NCBI GenBank assembly: GCA_965178125.1
Contig: OZ237747.1
Span: forward strand, 1-64,000
Direction of reading: 5' to 3'
From: Bilabrum cf. latius
Lineage: Eukaryota
DNA: 64,000 bases
Under the pieces are notes generated by a model. It saw nothing but the letters and a program-made list of their open reading frames with translations, ran no database searches and had not been told where the DNA came from. A program made the position numbers and the translations under genes. Shown here piece by piece: positions 24,188 to 36,400 of the stretch (the stretch's first letter is position 1; each line of letters opens with the position of its first letter).

Positions 24188-24330
24188 TGGGGATCACTCG
24201 AATGACTAGATCTACGCCGCGCACTTGCCGCAGCCTAAACTACACCTTACTTAATATTCGAGCAAATCCGACGACGATCCTCCTTTTCTAATCCCTCTCT
24301 ACAGAATAACGTGTGCCGACAGTGCCACAC

Positions 24331-25374
24331 ATGGTGCGGCTATCGTTAAGATGTATTCTATTCTTAACGGCTGCTAGTACGGTGATCGGTATGCAGTCTC
24401 CTCAGTACCGGCTGGATAAGGATTGGCCGGACTGGGGCTCGCACAAAGACAAAATCTAGAAAGTGACTGCAGTTGCGATTGTTCCAGGGCACTTTGAGTT
24501 CGCGTTTGTTCTTTAGCGCGCTCCTGGAACGGAGCCAATTTACTCGTTTGATCTTGACAGCGGGAAAATGCTGCGCGAGCCGTTCGGATCAGCATTCATC
24601 TCTTCGCCGCACGGCGCCCATGTTGTGGGCCCGCTTGCGAATGGCAGCTCATTCCTGTACGTGACTGATGTAGGCGACGGCAAGCAGGGCCATGCTATTC
24701 ACATGTTTGAAGTCCACGCCAGTTCCACTGGAACTACCGTGCCCGCGTATCTGCGCACCTTCGGCACCGCTGGCCAGGCCGGAACCGGCCTAAATCCGGT
24801 GCAGTTCGGAGCCGTGGCTGATGTCGCAGGAGACCCTGGTGTCCCGGAGTACATTTATGTCGTAGATGGCGATGGTGGTCCGAACAACCGTCTGCTAAAG
24901 CTAAACGTCGTGTCCGGTGTGGTGGATTGGCACGTCGGGGGCCCAGCTCCGGGGGCAGGTCGCGGGGCCTTCAATGTTCCGCACAGCGTTGCGCTACAGC
25001 CTGCCACTGGTGGAGCTGCGGCCCGGCTGTGGGTTGCGGACCGCTCGAACAACCGGACGGTGGCGCTGAGTATCGCCGGGGAGTGGCAAGGGCAGTGGAA
25101 CTGCACGCGCCCAGGGATGCCCTGGGGCGTGCGCGTGGATGCGGCTCGGTAGAGGCTGCTCGTGGCGGATGGGCTGGTAGGCCGCATCGTTGTGGCAGAC
25201 TTGGCTGGTCAGGAAACCGGCCTGCCAGCTGCCTGCGACGTGATTGGCACCATCGCGGCTGGGCCTGGTCCCTCGCATCCCCATGAGATGGCCGTGAGGC
25301 AGTCGACCGGAGATGTTCTGCTGGCAAGTGTCGGGGATCCGACGTCTGCGAAGCTATTCCGGCGCGAGCAGTGA
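24331..25374 (+). CDS. Secreted NHL-repeat beta-propeller protein (NHLRC3/PAL-like)
   Basis: Signal peptide; YRLDKDWP, FVL*RAPG, IYVVDGDGGPNNRLLKL, FNVPHSVAL, LWVADRSNNR. TAG at 24457, 24514, 25150; TGA stop. Confidence 0.85.
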
Positions 25375-25482
25375 TCCCGGGGGCTGCTCGCGACGAATCT
25401 GGTTCCGGTTTGTCAAGGCCGCCCTATACAATCAAGCGCACATACCGATAGTTTCTTCCAGTTTTTTTAAAAAAAATTTCCA

Positions 25483-26361
25483 ATGTCCGCCACAGACTTA
25501 CATGGAGGGTCTGCCGGCTGCAAGCGGTCCAGGCCTCTTGGTGACGGAGGTGCTGGATCCACTGCAAAACGACCAAGAGTAGGAGACCTGAGAGCCGAGC
25601 CTACCATTCTGTTGCTGGTGTGTGATATGTAGGGGAAACTCCTGCAAGCAATGCCGCAAAGTAAAGCTATCGCCAAGGCTTGCTGCGACTTAGTGCGAGG
25701 CGTCGCTGCTGTGGGGGTCTGCAAGGTGATGCTTACGGAGCAGGCACCTGCAAAGCTTGGTCCCACTGCTGCCACAATCAAGACCTGTATCGAAGAAGTT
25801 CATCGATACGCACAAGCACCAGTCGAAGTCCACCCCAAAACCTGTTTCAGCATGCTGGGGTGCGAACCAGTTCGAAATGCCTTAGTCGGTGGTCCGAGAG
25901 GATGCAAGGTATCTGATGAGGACACATGGGATCATGTCATCATTGTGGGCATCGAGACGCACATTTGCGTGCTTCAGACTGTCCAGGACATCGCTGTGCT
26001 GCTCCAAGCCGAGGACGGACAAGCGACAGGCCCCACCGTACCAGCGGGGGCAACAGCGCCTTCCTCGCTTGCAGCTAGTAGCAAAGCACCGATCCCCGAC
26101 GAAACTGCTAGTCACGCATCGACCACCCGGAATTCTACCCGCATTCACGTGATTCTGGATGCAGTGTGCTCACAGCACTCCGGTGAGCGCAGCATAGCAA
26201 TCGATCGCATGCTGCGGCTGCCTCGCGTGGTTGGCAGCACTGTAGAGACGTGCCTGTTTGAGTTAATGCAAAGCGCCGACCACCCCAGGTTTAGGGAAAT
26301 CTCAAAGCTGGTGCGCGCGCGACAGGCAGACAAGGCTGCGTCTGGGTTAGTGTCCTTGTGA
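25483..26361 (+). CDS. Isochorismatase domain-containing protein (ISOC1/2-like)
   Basis: TILLLVCDM*GKL (family motif CDMQE), TEQAPAKLGPT, KTCFSM, VIIVGIETHICVLQT, LFELMQSADHPRFREI. Confidence 0.9.
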
Positions 26362-27178
26362 AACTCCGACGGCGCGAATGAATGCGGCGAAGCCGACTTT
26401 ACCCGCTTCACAGCACCAGCGCTTGAACCTAGACTACAGATCATATTTGTTCCTTCAACCACACCCATTGGCTCATCCTAACGGCTGCTGCAATTCGCAC
26501 TGGTTGGCAGTTACCAAAAAGAAAATTCCTGCCCCCGGGCTTCACCCCGAACGACTGGTTCTTCACCAGCCCACCTGAATGCGGTATTCATCTGACACTA
26601 CGAATGTACACGCCACTTTCCCAATGCACGCGACTGGCCTTGTCGATGCATGGCTTCCTGCTTCTGTTTCCCGCCCTAGGGACCGTGTGCTTTGCTCCCT
26701 GCATTGCCACCTTTGTCCTATCCTTTCAGCTTGCACGCGCCGGTCCTGGCCGACCTGCCGTGCGCCCCATGTGTCCACCCGCCTGTTGGCCCTCTGCGCG
26801 CTGCTGGTCGTGCAGCCCGCTGCCACTCGTGTCTCCCTCGTGCCTTACACCTGGAGCCCCCTTCCTCCCATTGTGTTCTCCCTGTTGACACCGCACTATC
26901 GTCGCCTGTGCCGGTGTCCCCTCTGTTCTTCTCCACCTCCTGTCCTCCTGCGCCCACCTCGTCTTCCGGCCCACCTCTGCTCCCCGTCACTTCAATCCTG
27001 ATGTCCGAGTACATATAACATGAGCTGGCCCGGGGGCTGCAGCAAGCAGGACTCACAAGCATCTCGGAGGGGAGAACGTTCATGAACCCAGTCACCGTGT
27101 ACGCGGCGTTCGATGGAGCACACTTGCTAGATTTGATAAATCTTGAGCCGAGCGTGCTCGATTATTTCGTGATAATAT

Positions 27179-28473
27179 ATGAGTGTAAGCTGCCGCTTTG
27201 GTTTTGTGATCCCATGCTTCGGTGCCATGCACACAGCCTTCACCGTTGTCGCGTAGCAGTGTCCCAGGGGTTTTAAAGCAGAAGGCTCTTGCCGCAGGAC
27301 CGGAAATATTTAGTGTTTGGTGGTAAAACGGGATGGATAGGACAGGCGCTTGTTCAGCTGATTGATTAGCAAAAAGTGAGGCCAATTTATACAGGACACC
27401 CTCTCCAGTTCATGCATAGCAACGCCCGTGAGCCTCCTGAACTACCTATTGGAATCCTGCAGGCATCTGGGGGTAACGTCGATGTAATTGCTGCAGATAG
27501 CAGGCTGGAGAATCTCTCTGAAGTTGCATCAGAGCTCGATCGCATCAAGCCAACGCATGTATTGAACGCCGCAGGCCTCACTGGGCGTCCGAATGTCGAT
27601 TGGTGCGAATCCCACAAAGCAGAGGTGGTTCGTGTTAACGTGGTCGGCACATTAGGCCTGTACGATGCATGCGAGACACGCGGCATCCATTGCACCTCGT
27701 TTGCCACAGGATGCATCTATTCGTACGACGAAGCGCACCCGATGGGATCTGGCAAGGGCTTCACCGAGGAAGATCCCCCGAACTTTGCAGGCTCTTTCTA
27801 CTCGCAAACTAAAGGATATGTGGATCAGCTGACTGGAACGTTCCCGAAGACGCTGCTGGTTCTCCGGCTGCGCATGCCAATCAGCGACGACTTGAGCCCG
27901 CGCTCCTTCGTGACCAAGATTTGCAAGTATCGCAAGGTCGTTGACATCCCAAACTCCATGAGTATTTTGCACGATCTGCTACCGCTGGCTCTACGAATGG
28001 CGAACGCTGGCCTGACTGGCAGGTACAACTTTACCAACCCCGGCGTGATCTCGCACGGAGAGGTGCTCGCCATGTACCAGCGGCACGTGGACCCGTCCTT
28101 CTGGTGGGAGCATTTCACGCTCGAGGAGCAAGCCAAGGTGCTCAAGGCGCCCAGGTCAAACAACGAGCTGGATGCCAGCAAGCTCAAGGCGGCTGCGGAC
28201 AGCCTGGGAGCCCCCTTGCCGAGGATCAAGGAGGCCTTCGAGGCGTGCTTCGTCAGGATGGCGGCCTGCCTCAAGGAGAGGGGCCAGCTGCCGCCCCCTC
28301 CCATGAAGCCACCCAAGGAGGAGATGGACGCGGCCATCAAGGATGCACATGCCTCCACCGCCGACGAGATGGTCCGAGCCGCGCAGGCCAGACTCGAAGC
28401 GGCCGAGAAAGAGAAGGAGTCCAAGTCGGTTGGGGCTGGGCCGGCGGCTGGGGGGGCCGCGGGTGGCGTGTGA
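27179..28473 (+). CDS. UER1: NDP-4-keto-6-deoxyglucose 3,5-epimerase/4-reductase (rhamnose synthesis, NRS/ER)
   Basis: KYLVFGGKTGWIG, KPTHVLNAAGLTGRPNVDWCESHK, ATGCIY, FTEEDPPNFAGSFYS, LRLRMPIS, NFTNPGVISH. Introns 27185-27297 and 27376-27462; TAG at 27367. Confidence 0.92.
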
Positions 28474-28844
28474 TCGCTTCTCGGGAACTAAAGTGAAAGC
28501 CAATTTGTGATTTAGTTCCTACGTATGCTATACACATGCTATTACGGGCCGGACTTTTTGCCGTTGGTGATACCATGCCAGCTGCAACAGCCCCAGTGGC
28601 GCTGGCTGGTGGGGACGGTGCGGTAGTACCAACAAGTTCTTCAGTCCACGTAGCGATATGCAGAGCTACGAATTCCGCAACCACGCATAAGCATGTCATG
28701 TAGACGCTCAGTGACGGCTCCACCTTGAAGGGCAGCTAGATCTAGCAATTTCGCCTCCTCGCCGGTGACTGCACTGCACTGTACTGCAGACGGTGCGCAG
28801 CGACGTTGCATGCGGTTGTTTTTTACTCTATAGCACGCGGTCAA

Positions 28845-30980
28845 ATGCGATCCTGCATCGCTATTGCATTGCCAGCAGCAGTGGTGTGTGGTTGGATACC
28901 AGTGCAGTACGACCATGTGGCCCCTACAGATCCCACATGGCAGCATGGCTTCGACTTGAAGGTGAATCGGATCTTGTAGAGCAAGGACTGGCAGCCCCCG
29001 GGTGGCACTGCGGGCGCAGAGTGCAGCGACTCGTACTTTGATCTTGATCAGGGTAAATACACGTGGCCAGCTCTGCTTGCCGGCATGTTCAAGGTGAGGA
29101 ACGATACGCAGGCCTTGGAACAGTACATCAACAGGAATGCAAGCTACAATTCGCTGGGTGCAGACGGATGGCTGGACACCAAAAAGTGTGGAACACTTCG
29201 GAAGCCGTTCAATGCGATCAATCTGGCGACATATTTTGCGGTTGTGAACCGTCTGGGCCTCTTGCCGAATAATTAGACGTCACGTTTGCGGTGGATGATG
29301 GCTCGTGAGGGTTGGGGCTCTGCCACCAGGCTATCGGGCCATCTCGACGAGATTTGGTACCTGTCAGAGTTTGATAGTGAGAACTATATTCACATGGCCC
29401 GCGTGGCCGGGCTCATCTTTGCCGAGCAGCTGCCAGAGGCCGCCGGGGTGCCTGGCGGTCCCGATCCAGACGCCTACCCTGTATTTCGAAATTTCTTAGC
29501 GAATGCGGCGAGGGCCTGGCTGCATGCAGGCAGGTTGGAATGGGACAGCCAAAACTACATCGCCTTCAACATCTAGCCCGCTCTACTCGTGTTCGAGTAT
29601 TCCAAGTCTAGAGAGGCGAGGGAGCAGGCCCGTGCCTTGCTTGACTGGCTCTTCCTGACAAGCGCGCTCAAGCACCTCGACGGGTGGCAGATCGGACCAG
29701 ATGCAAGGGCCAAAGATGTGGCGGCGGACCCCTTCAGCGGAAGCGCATGGGCGATGCACTGGCTCTACCTGCGCGACGCGAGCAGCCCGGCGCCCTTCAC
29801 GGACGAGCAAGCCGTGTCCCGCTTCAGCCTCACCCTCCTGGGCCAGTTCCCGTGGTCCTCCTACAAGCCCCCGCAGTAGGCGGTGGACCTCGTTGCGCGG
29901 CGCTACAAGACCCCGGTGCTGATGCGCAACGCGAAGCCGTACTACAGAATCGACGCGGGGGATTACCGCGACTGGCGGGGGGACGGCGGGAGCATGGGTC
30001 GTAGGTTTGAGTTCGAGACGCTCTTCTTGGAGCGCAACTACACGCTCGGCTCCCTGGCTGCGGGCAGGCCCAACGGTCTGTACAACTGGCAGCAGCCGGG
30101 CCTGTACGGCGCGGGGCAGCTTTGCTTCTCGGAGCAGAGCGTCTGGCGGCTGGGTGTGCAAAGCTCCGGGGAGGCAGGCAGCGGGCAGTCCGTCGGCGCC
30201 AAGCAAGTCTTTGGGAACAGCGGCCTCCCGGATCTGAGCGGGCGTTCTCCCTGGGAGTAGATCGGCTAGGGGCGCAACCAGCTGCTGCGTGTGATCAGCG
30301 GCATCGACTCGATGTGGACTGCCTTTCCCAATGGCACGACGGACGTGTTGCTGGAGCAGTTTCCCTCTGGAGGACCGCAGGCAGTGGCAGCATTCCAGCA
30401 CGTTGACAGCGGGGTCTTCGTGGCAGTGCTCCCGTTTGCTTCCACCGGCAAGCCCTCTACGACCCCTTACCACCGCGCCCAGGCCGCCGCGCTGCAGGTC
30501 ACGTGGCCGTTCAGGAACGAGTCCATCGGGGCTCTGGCGCTCGTGGTCGGCACGCAGGCACAGCACGGTTCGTTCGACGCATTCAAGGCATACATCCACG
30601 CCTCTGCCAAATTCGATCTCGTCCAACCGTCACCGGGTGCGGGCCAAGGCGGCACGCTGGCCCTTGACCTGCCTGCGCCTGGGCAGGAGGAGGAGGGAGG
30701 GGGCGTGTCTCGGCTGCAGGTGCATCACACGGGGCTCGACTCTTCGTTCATGATGGTGGACGGGCAGACAGTCTCTCCTGCCGGTGGCATGCCGGAGGTT
30801 ACCTTTGAAGGCAACGCCCTGGACTTTGCCAGCTTCGATTCGTACGGCGTGGTGGAGGGCGACCCCGTGCTAGAGCAGCAGTGGGGCGTGGGAAACCTTA
30901 CCGTCAAGACGGCCTCGGGCGGGTATCGAGTGCGAGTCGATGGAATCTCAGGAAAAGCTTCATTTTACGAGGAAGCTTGA
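28845..30980 (+). CDS. Secreted intronless ~711-aa protein; possibly polysaccharide-lyase/heparinase-like fold
   Basis: Signal peptide MRSCIAIALPAAVVCG. One frame joins five supplied ORFs through TAGs at 28977, 29274, 29574, 29877, 30258, 30267. Motifs EFDSENYIHM, GRLEWDSQNY, SPWE*IG*GRN; TGA stop. The fold call is tentative. Confidence 0.7.
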
Positions 30981-31157
30981 TTCGGCTTGCTGCCCGGCCC
31001 GTAGCAAGCGACCGGAGCGACGCCAAGATGCACACTGCTGGCTGTTTCGGAGCTGCTGCTCTATACCTACGGGTACGAGCGGTTCGCTGAGAAATCACCA
31101 ATGTCAAGACACAGCTGTCAACAGAATTCCCCACAATTTAATCAATTTGGATCCGAG

Positions 31158-33168
31158 TCAAGGAGAGGGGGGAAGCGTCGCAGACAGCCCGGCCAGCCCG
31201 TCATCGTTCCCGCCGGACAGCGCCTGCAGCGCATCGGAGAACGAATCCAACCCAGGCCTGCCCCGGCCCCGTCCTCGCCCCGCGAATCCGCCCCCACCAC
31301 GCCTGCCGTAGCCTCTCCCACCGCCGCGGTAAGCCCCCCTCTAGAACCCCCTGCCTCTGCCCCTACCGCGCCCTCGGCCTCGACCCCTGCCCCGCCCCCG
31401 CCCCCGCCCCGGAGCATACCCGCCGTACTGGTTAAACGCGTCCATATCCATACCTAGAAGCGCAGCAGTGGCTGCCTGCATGTCGTCCTTGCCCTCAGTG
31501 CCCTGACTTTCTCTCTCGCCGGGCCCCAGGCGGCTGCTGCTGCTGCTGCTCTTCTCGCCCGCTTGCTCCTTTGGTGCAGTGGTTTCTGCATCCTTCTGTG
31601 CATCTCCACTACTATTTTCCCCACTGGCCTACCCCTTGTCCTACCAAGCTTTCTACGCACGGGCCTTGGCCGCGTCAAAGTCAAAGTCCGCCTCCAGGGC
31701 CAGGCTGGGCCCGCCGAAGCCATCACCTGCTGCACTCCCCCCCATTCCTCGACCTCGACCGCGGCCCCTACCCCTACCCCTGCCACGCCCACGCCCACGG
31801 CCGCGCCCACGACCCCATCCAGTGCCCCACGAAGGACTCTCGTCTTCCTACTGGCTGCTGCTGCTGCCAGGCACGCTACTCGGGAGCCCGGCATCCAGGC
31901 TCACCACATCCCTTGCCCCTGTCCTCGCCGCGCTGCCACCGACTGGCACCGCGCTCGGAAGAGCCGCATCAATCGAGACAGCCCCACGAGGAGCACCCCC
32001 GCCGTCGCCAGCCCCCCGCCCAGCTCCCCTTCCCCTTCCGCTCCCCCGCCCAGCCCCCCTCCCCCTTCCACTTCCCACCCCAGTAGCCAGGTCCCAGACC
32101 TTGGCCTGCTGCTCGGCATCCACGCCATCGCCCTCCCAGTCCCCTCCACTCGCCCACGCAGGGCCCTCCTCATCGGCAACTGCTGCGACGCCTCCGCCAT
32201 TCTCCTCCTCTTTGTCCTTGATCCACTCCCAGCCGCTAGCTTCCCCAGACTGGTTCGTGGAAGCCCCGCTCGATGTGCCCCTGGCCCCAGCCCCCAGCTC
32301 CACAACGAGACCTCCAGTGCGGGCGCGCTTGGCAGCCCGATCCACCAGTCGCTCCGCAGCTCCTCCTTGCTGAAAGCCGCTTCGGGAGGCTGCACCACGG
32401 AAGGAGATCGGCTCGGAAGCGGCCCTGCTGCTGCTGCTGCTGCTGCTTGGGCCATCTAAAGCGCTCGTCGCGCCTTCCTTAGCTACAACCAGGCTATTGC
32501 TTGCATGCGGGGACACTACTGCATCGGTCTAGTCTTTACTAGAGTCAATCGTGTCCCTGGGCCTCTTGCTTCCCGGTCGAGCTCCTTGCTGGCGCTGAAT
32601 CGCGCTCGACTCGAAAGCACCCTGCAAAAGGTGCTACGGGCCACGGCGACTAGACGAATTCGTCTTCCAGGAGATGGCCTGATCGCTCGCGTGACCTACC
32701 GGGCTAGCATCAGGTGCGGGCGGCTCAGCAGGAACAGGGGCAGGCTGCCGGCCAGCTGCTCTGAGCTGCGCAGCCTATATAGCTTTGGATGTACCGAGCT
32801 CATTAACTTCCTGCATGAAAGTTGAAATGAATTTCATGAACTGCCTGGCCATTTTTGCTAGCTCTGTATCCTCGTCGTCCACGCCACCGATTACTTCCCC
32901 AGTTGCTGTCTCTACTTTCTTGATGTCCTTAGTTGCCGCCACCGCAATTAGGTATTTCTGCGATACGTACGAGTATTGAGGGCGAATATAGACGATCCTT
33001 GGCAAAAGAGCATGATTTCACACAAAAAGCTGCCCTCCTTACAGCAATTTTGTCGTTTTCCTCAGCAGATGAGTCATCGGGGTCAATGCGGCGGAGGTAT
33101 TCGGCTGTTGCCTGCTATAATGCAACTTTTTCATCAGACCGAAGCTTCTTTTGAAGTTTTAGCGCCAT
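31158..33168 (-). CDS. RG/RGG-rich RNA-associated protein with PWI-like N-terminus and FDF motif
   Basis: Intron 32958-33042. N-terminal EYLRRIDPDD..IAKYLIAV..FMKFI; three (GR)n tracts; EADFDFDAAKA; multiple TAGs; TGA stop. Confidence 0.65.
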
Positions 33169-33436
33169 TTTTGAGTCGAAAAGAGTGTGTAGCCTCATCC
33201 GGAGCAGCCATGTTGCGACCGCTTTGTCGTTCGTCACAGGTTGCGACCGCAGCCGAACGGCAAACCAAGCAGACTCGGCGACGTGACCGGTGGCAGGGAA
33301 AACCCTGTTTCGACAGCGGATCCTGAAGCGCTGTTGTTATTTTCAATAAGTTGATTGACTCCTGCGAAGCTCTGTGGATCTACTTGTAGATCTAGCGGCG
33401 TAAGGTTCTGCTGCACCAATTCTGGCGCTGACCCCC

Positions 33437-36400
33437 ATGGATCGCGGATCTCCCGGTCAAGATGGTCGAGCGAAATCCTCTCGCAAGAAAGGAAGAAAAC
33501 AAAAAGCGACGTCAGAGGTAGGCTCTGTGTTAGGGGCTGTAAGCGTAGCCTCATTTGCGCTCGGGAGCTCAGCGGTATCAGTTGCACCCCCACCGGAAGA
33601 CGTTCAAGACTCATCAAATCCGAGGACCAAGGAGCGGAGGAGTAGCTTTGATGCAGATGATCTAGTAGATGGCGGTTCAACCTCACCAAAAGGATCAGCA
33701 CGATCCGAATCTTCTGGCAATCTGGCACCAGCTGGCTTGTCAACTGCAGACATTATCGCAGAGAGAAGCAAGGCCAGGAGACCAGTGAAGCGCTTCACAT
33801 CGTTGTCGACAGTCGCAAGCGAATCTTACACTCCTGGATCCCCGGCTGGCGGCGAAGACTATGATCAGGAGTTCGGCCACAGCGATATGGACCAGACACA
33901 ACCGCGGCCAGCCGTGCCACTGATGAAGAGCGCGAATCGGCCAAGGCCACAGCCACACGCGCATGCGCTATTGACTTAGACTAGTGCATCTCCAGAGGCC
34001 CACCGTGAGTCATCCGAGCCTGCTGGTCGATCTCCTGAGGATCCCCTCGCCGGTCGGTCCTTGAGGGGAGGCGGGCGATCTCCATCCACTGGCACTGGCA
34101 CTGGCAGCAGTGGCCCTCGGGGCAACGCAGGCAGCAGCAACGATTCGCCGCTAGACGCCCCCCCAGGCATTGTGCCACGGGCCGGTTCCTCGAAACGAGG
34201 GGGGCGAGGCACCAGGCAGACCAGCAGTGCCCGCCATCGGGGTCACGGTGCGCCGGTGCCAGTGGAGTCTCGCTCCGTGGGAGGGGGAGGCCCCCGGAGA
34301 GGCACCCCTCCCCGCTCGCGACTCTCCGGAGCCCGCAGTGTAGCGTCGCAAGGGCCCTCATCAGGGGGGAATCGAGCCAGTAGGGCACCGCAGGGAGGCA
34401 GGGCTAACCCTCGCGCGTCGTCTGGGTCAAGGCAACGGGCTGCAGGAGGCAGGGCCCACGGGGGGTCCAGGCCAGCGGGTGCCCGACTGCTTCGTGGGCG
34501 GAGCAGTCGGAGCTTGCGCAGCGAGGCCAGCGAGTCTGCGTCTGCCGTTTGGATGGAGGTGCTGTCGGAGGCCGGCCCAGCCTCTGAAGCCGGGACCGGG
34601 GTGGAAGGGGCTGCAGGCGGCCAGGGTGCGAGCAAGTCCGTTGTATCGGCGCGAGGGGGCGGGGGAGACACGGGCACTGTGCTATCTGCGTTAGACGACG
34701 ACATCGAGATGGAGCGCCGCAGATTGCTCAATGACTAGCGGTAGGCCGAGGCTCAGGACGCGGCCAGGAGGAGGGACCGGCTGGAGCAGGCATCGGAGGT
34801 GCGCAACTCGGCAGTGCAGCAGAGACAGCAAGCGGCCAGAGAGGCAGCAGAGCGCAGGATTCGGGGGGCAGCAACACAGACCGCAGCGGTGTCTGCCGGG
34901 ATTCAGCCCTCCACACAGTCTGCCGTGATTAGTGAAGGTACACCGGGGCACGTGCCAGTGGTGCGTGCAGATGCTGACTCGCCCAGGCAGCGAAAAATGC
35001 AAGGGCAGGGGGTACGGCGGGGCCGCCGGGGCTCCACCCAGTCCTTGTCTTAGAGTCCGCGGCCCACCAGCAGGTCGCGCGGGAAGGCATCCGTGGATCG
35101 AGCTCGGAGCACAATTGGGTCGCCAGGCCGCGGGGACGGTCTGGGTCGGGCTGGTCGGCCGCACTCTGCGCAGCGAACTCGCCGCGAGCGGGCGCAGGCA
35201 CGGTAGGTGCTTGGTGTTGGGGGAAGAACCCGGAGCCCGGGGAGTGTCCGAAGCGCGAGTCGAGGCAGCGCGCGAGACGGCGTTGCCATGCCTCAGCGGT
35301 CCGTATCGCGGAGCAAGCTCACTGCCAGGCGAGGCAGCGACGCAGGGGTCCAGCGGCGGCCGTCAAGAGGCACCCCTCGGGGGCGGGGAGGCCGTCGCGA
35401 CTCTTCTGCGATATCGGTTGCAAGTGCAAGAAGCTTGCGCAGTGAGCGAGCGGGTGAGCGGGGACATGTATCGGAGACGCAGGAGGAGGCCAAGGAGCGA
35501 CGGCGGGCGGTGTGGGACATGCTGGCTGCTGAGAGTCAGGCGGGAGATCGGCGAGCCGCGGAGGAATAGGTGAGGGCAGAAGTGAAGCAAGAGGAATAGC
35601 AAGAGAAGCAGAGACGTGGCGATGCGACAGACGCGACTGCTGCCGAATCGTCATCGCCCCCAGCTGGAGGAGCGAAGAAGAGCCGCACTCGTCAGCAGCC
35701 ACTGGGACACCCTGGCACTAGCCAAGAGGTTCGAGGGAACAAGGCAGCCACCAGCACTGCCGGTGAAACAGTAAGCGAGGCAGCGCCTGCAGAGCAGCGT
35801 CCGGCCCAAGCACCATCCGGAACTGAGGGAGCCCAAGACCCGTGGGCCCAGGTGGCCCTGGAAGTGGACGGCGACCTAGCGGCACCTCTGCAGCAGGAGC
35901 AGGGCAAGGGAGGGCAGCCGCTCACGGGGGAGCAGCGGGAGGCTTTGGCCGTACTGCAGGCGGCCAAGCAGCTAAGAGCGCGGCAGCTGTCCTTCGAGCA
36001 GTTCCGCAAATCCGCACTGGCTGGGCTCAGAGACGCGGCGCGAAAGGTGCAGCTAGCATAGCGCAAGGTCGAGGACCAGCGCTTCATTCTGACGGGCGCA
36101 GCAGCGAGCACGGGTCTTAAACCGGGATCGGCGCACGACGCCCAGCCGAACGGGTCTTCACTGGGCCAGTCGCAGGGCGGAGGCACCGGTACTGAGCGAG
36201 GCGGCAAGCATTTCGTGCTGGGCTCCACGGCGGGACCTGCATCTCCAAGCACAGTAGGCCCATACGCCTCGGCGCCAGCACTCCCTGGAACGCAAGGGGC
36301 TATGACGGGCTCATTTGGATCGTCTGTGCCGTTGGGAGCTGGCTCCCCAGACGGGTTCAGTCCAAGAGTAGGACCGCACGCACAGGTGCTACAGGAGCTG

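Noticed and set aside
28473-28520. U2 snRNA (ATCGCTTCTCGG matches the U2 5' end)
   Set aside because: Similarity stops after 12 nt and there is no GTAGTA branch-pairing sequence; it is just the 3' UTR of UER1 with a small hairpin.
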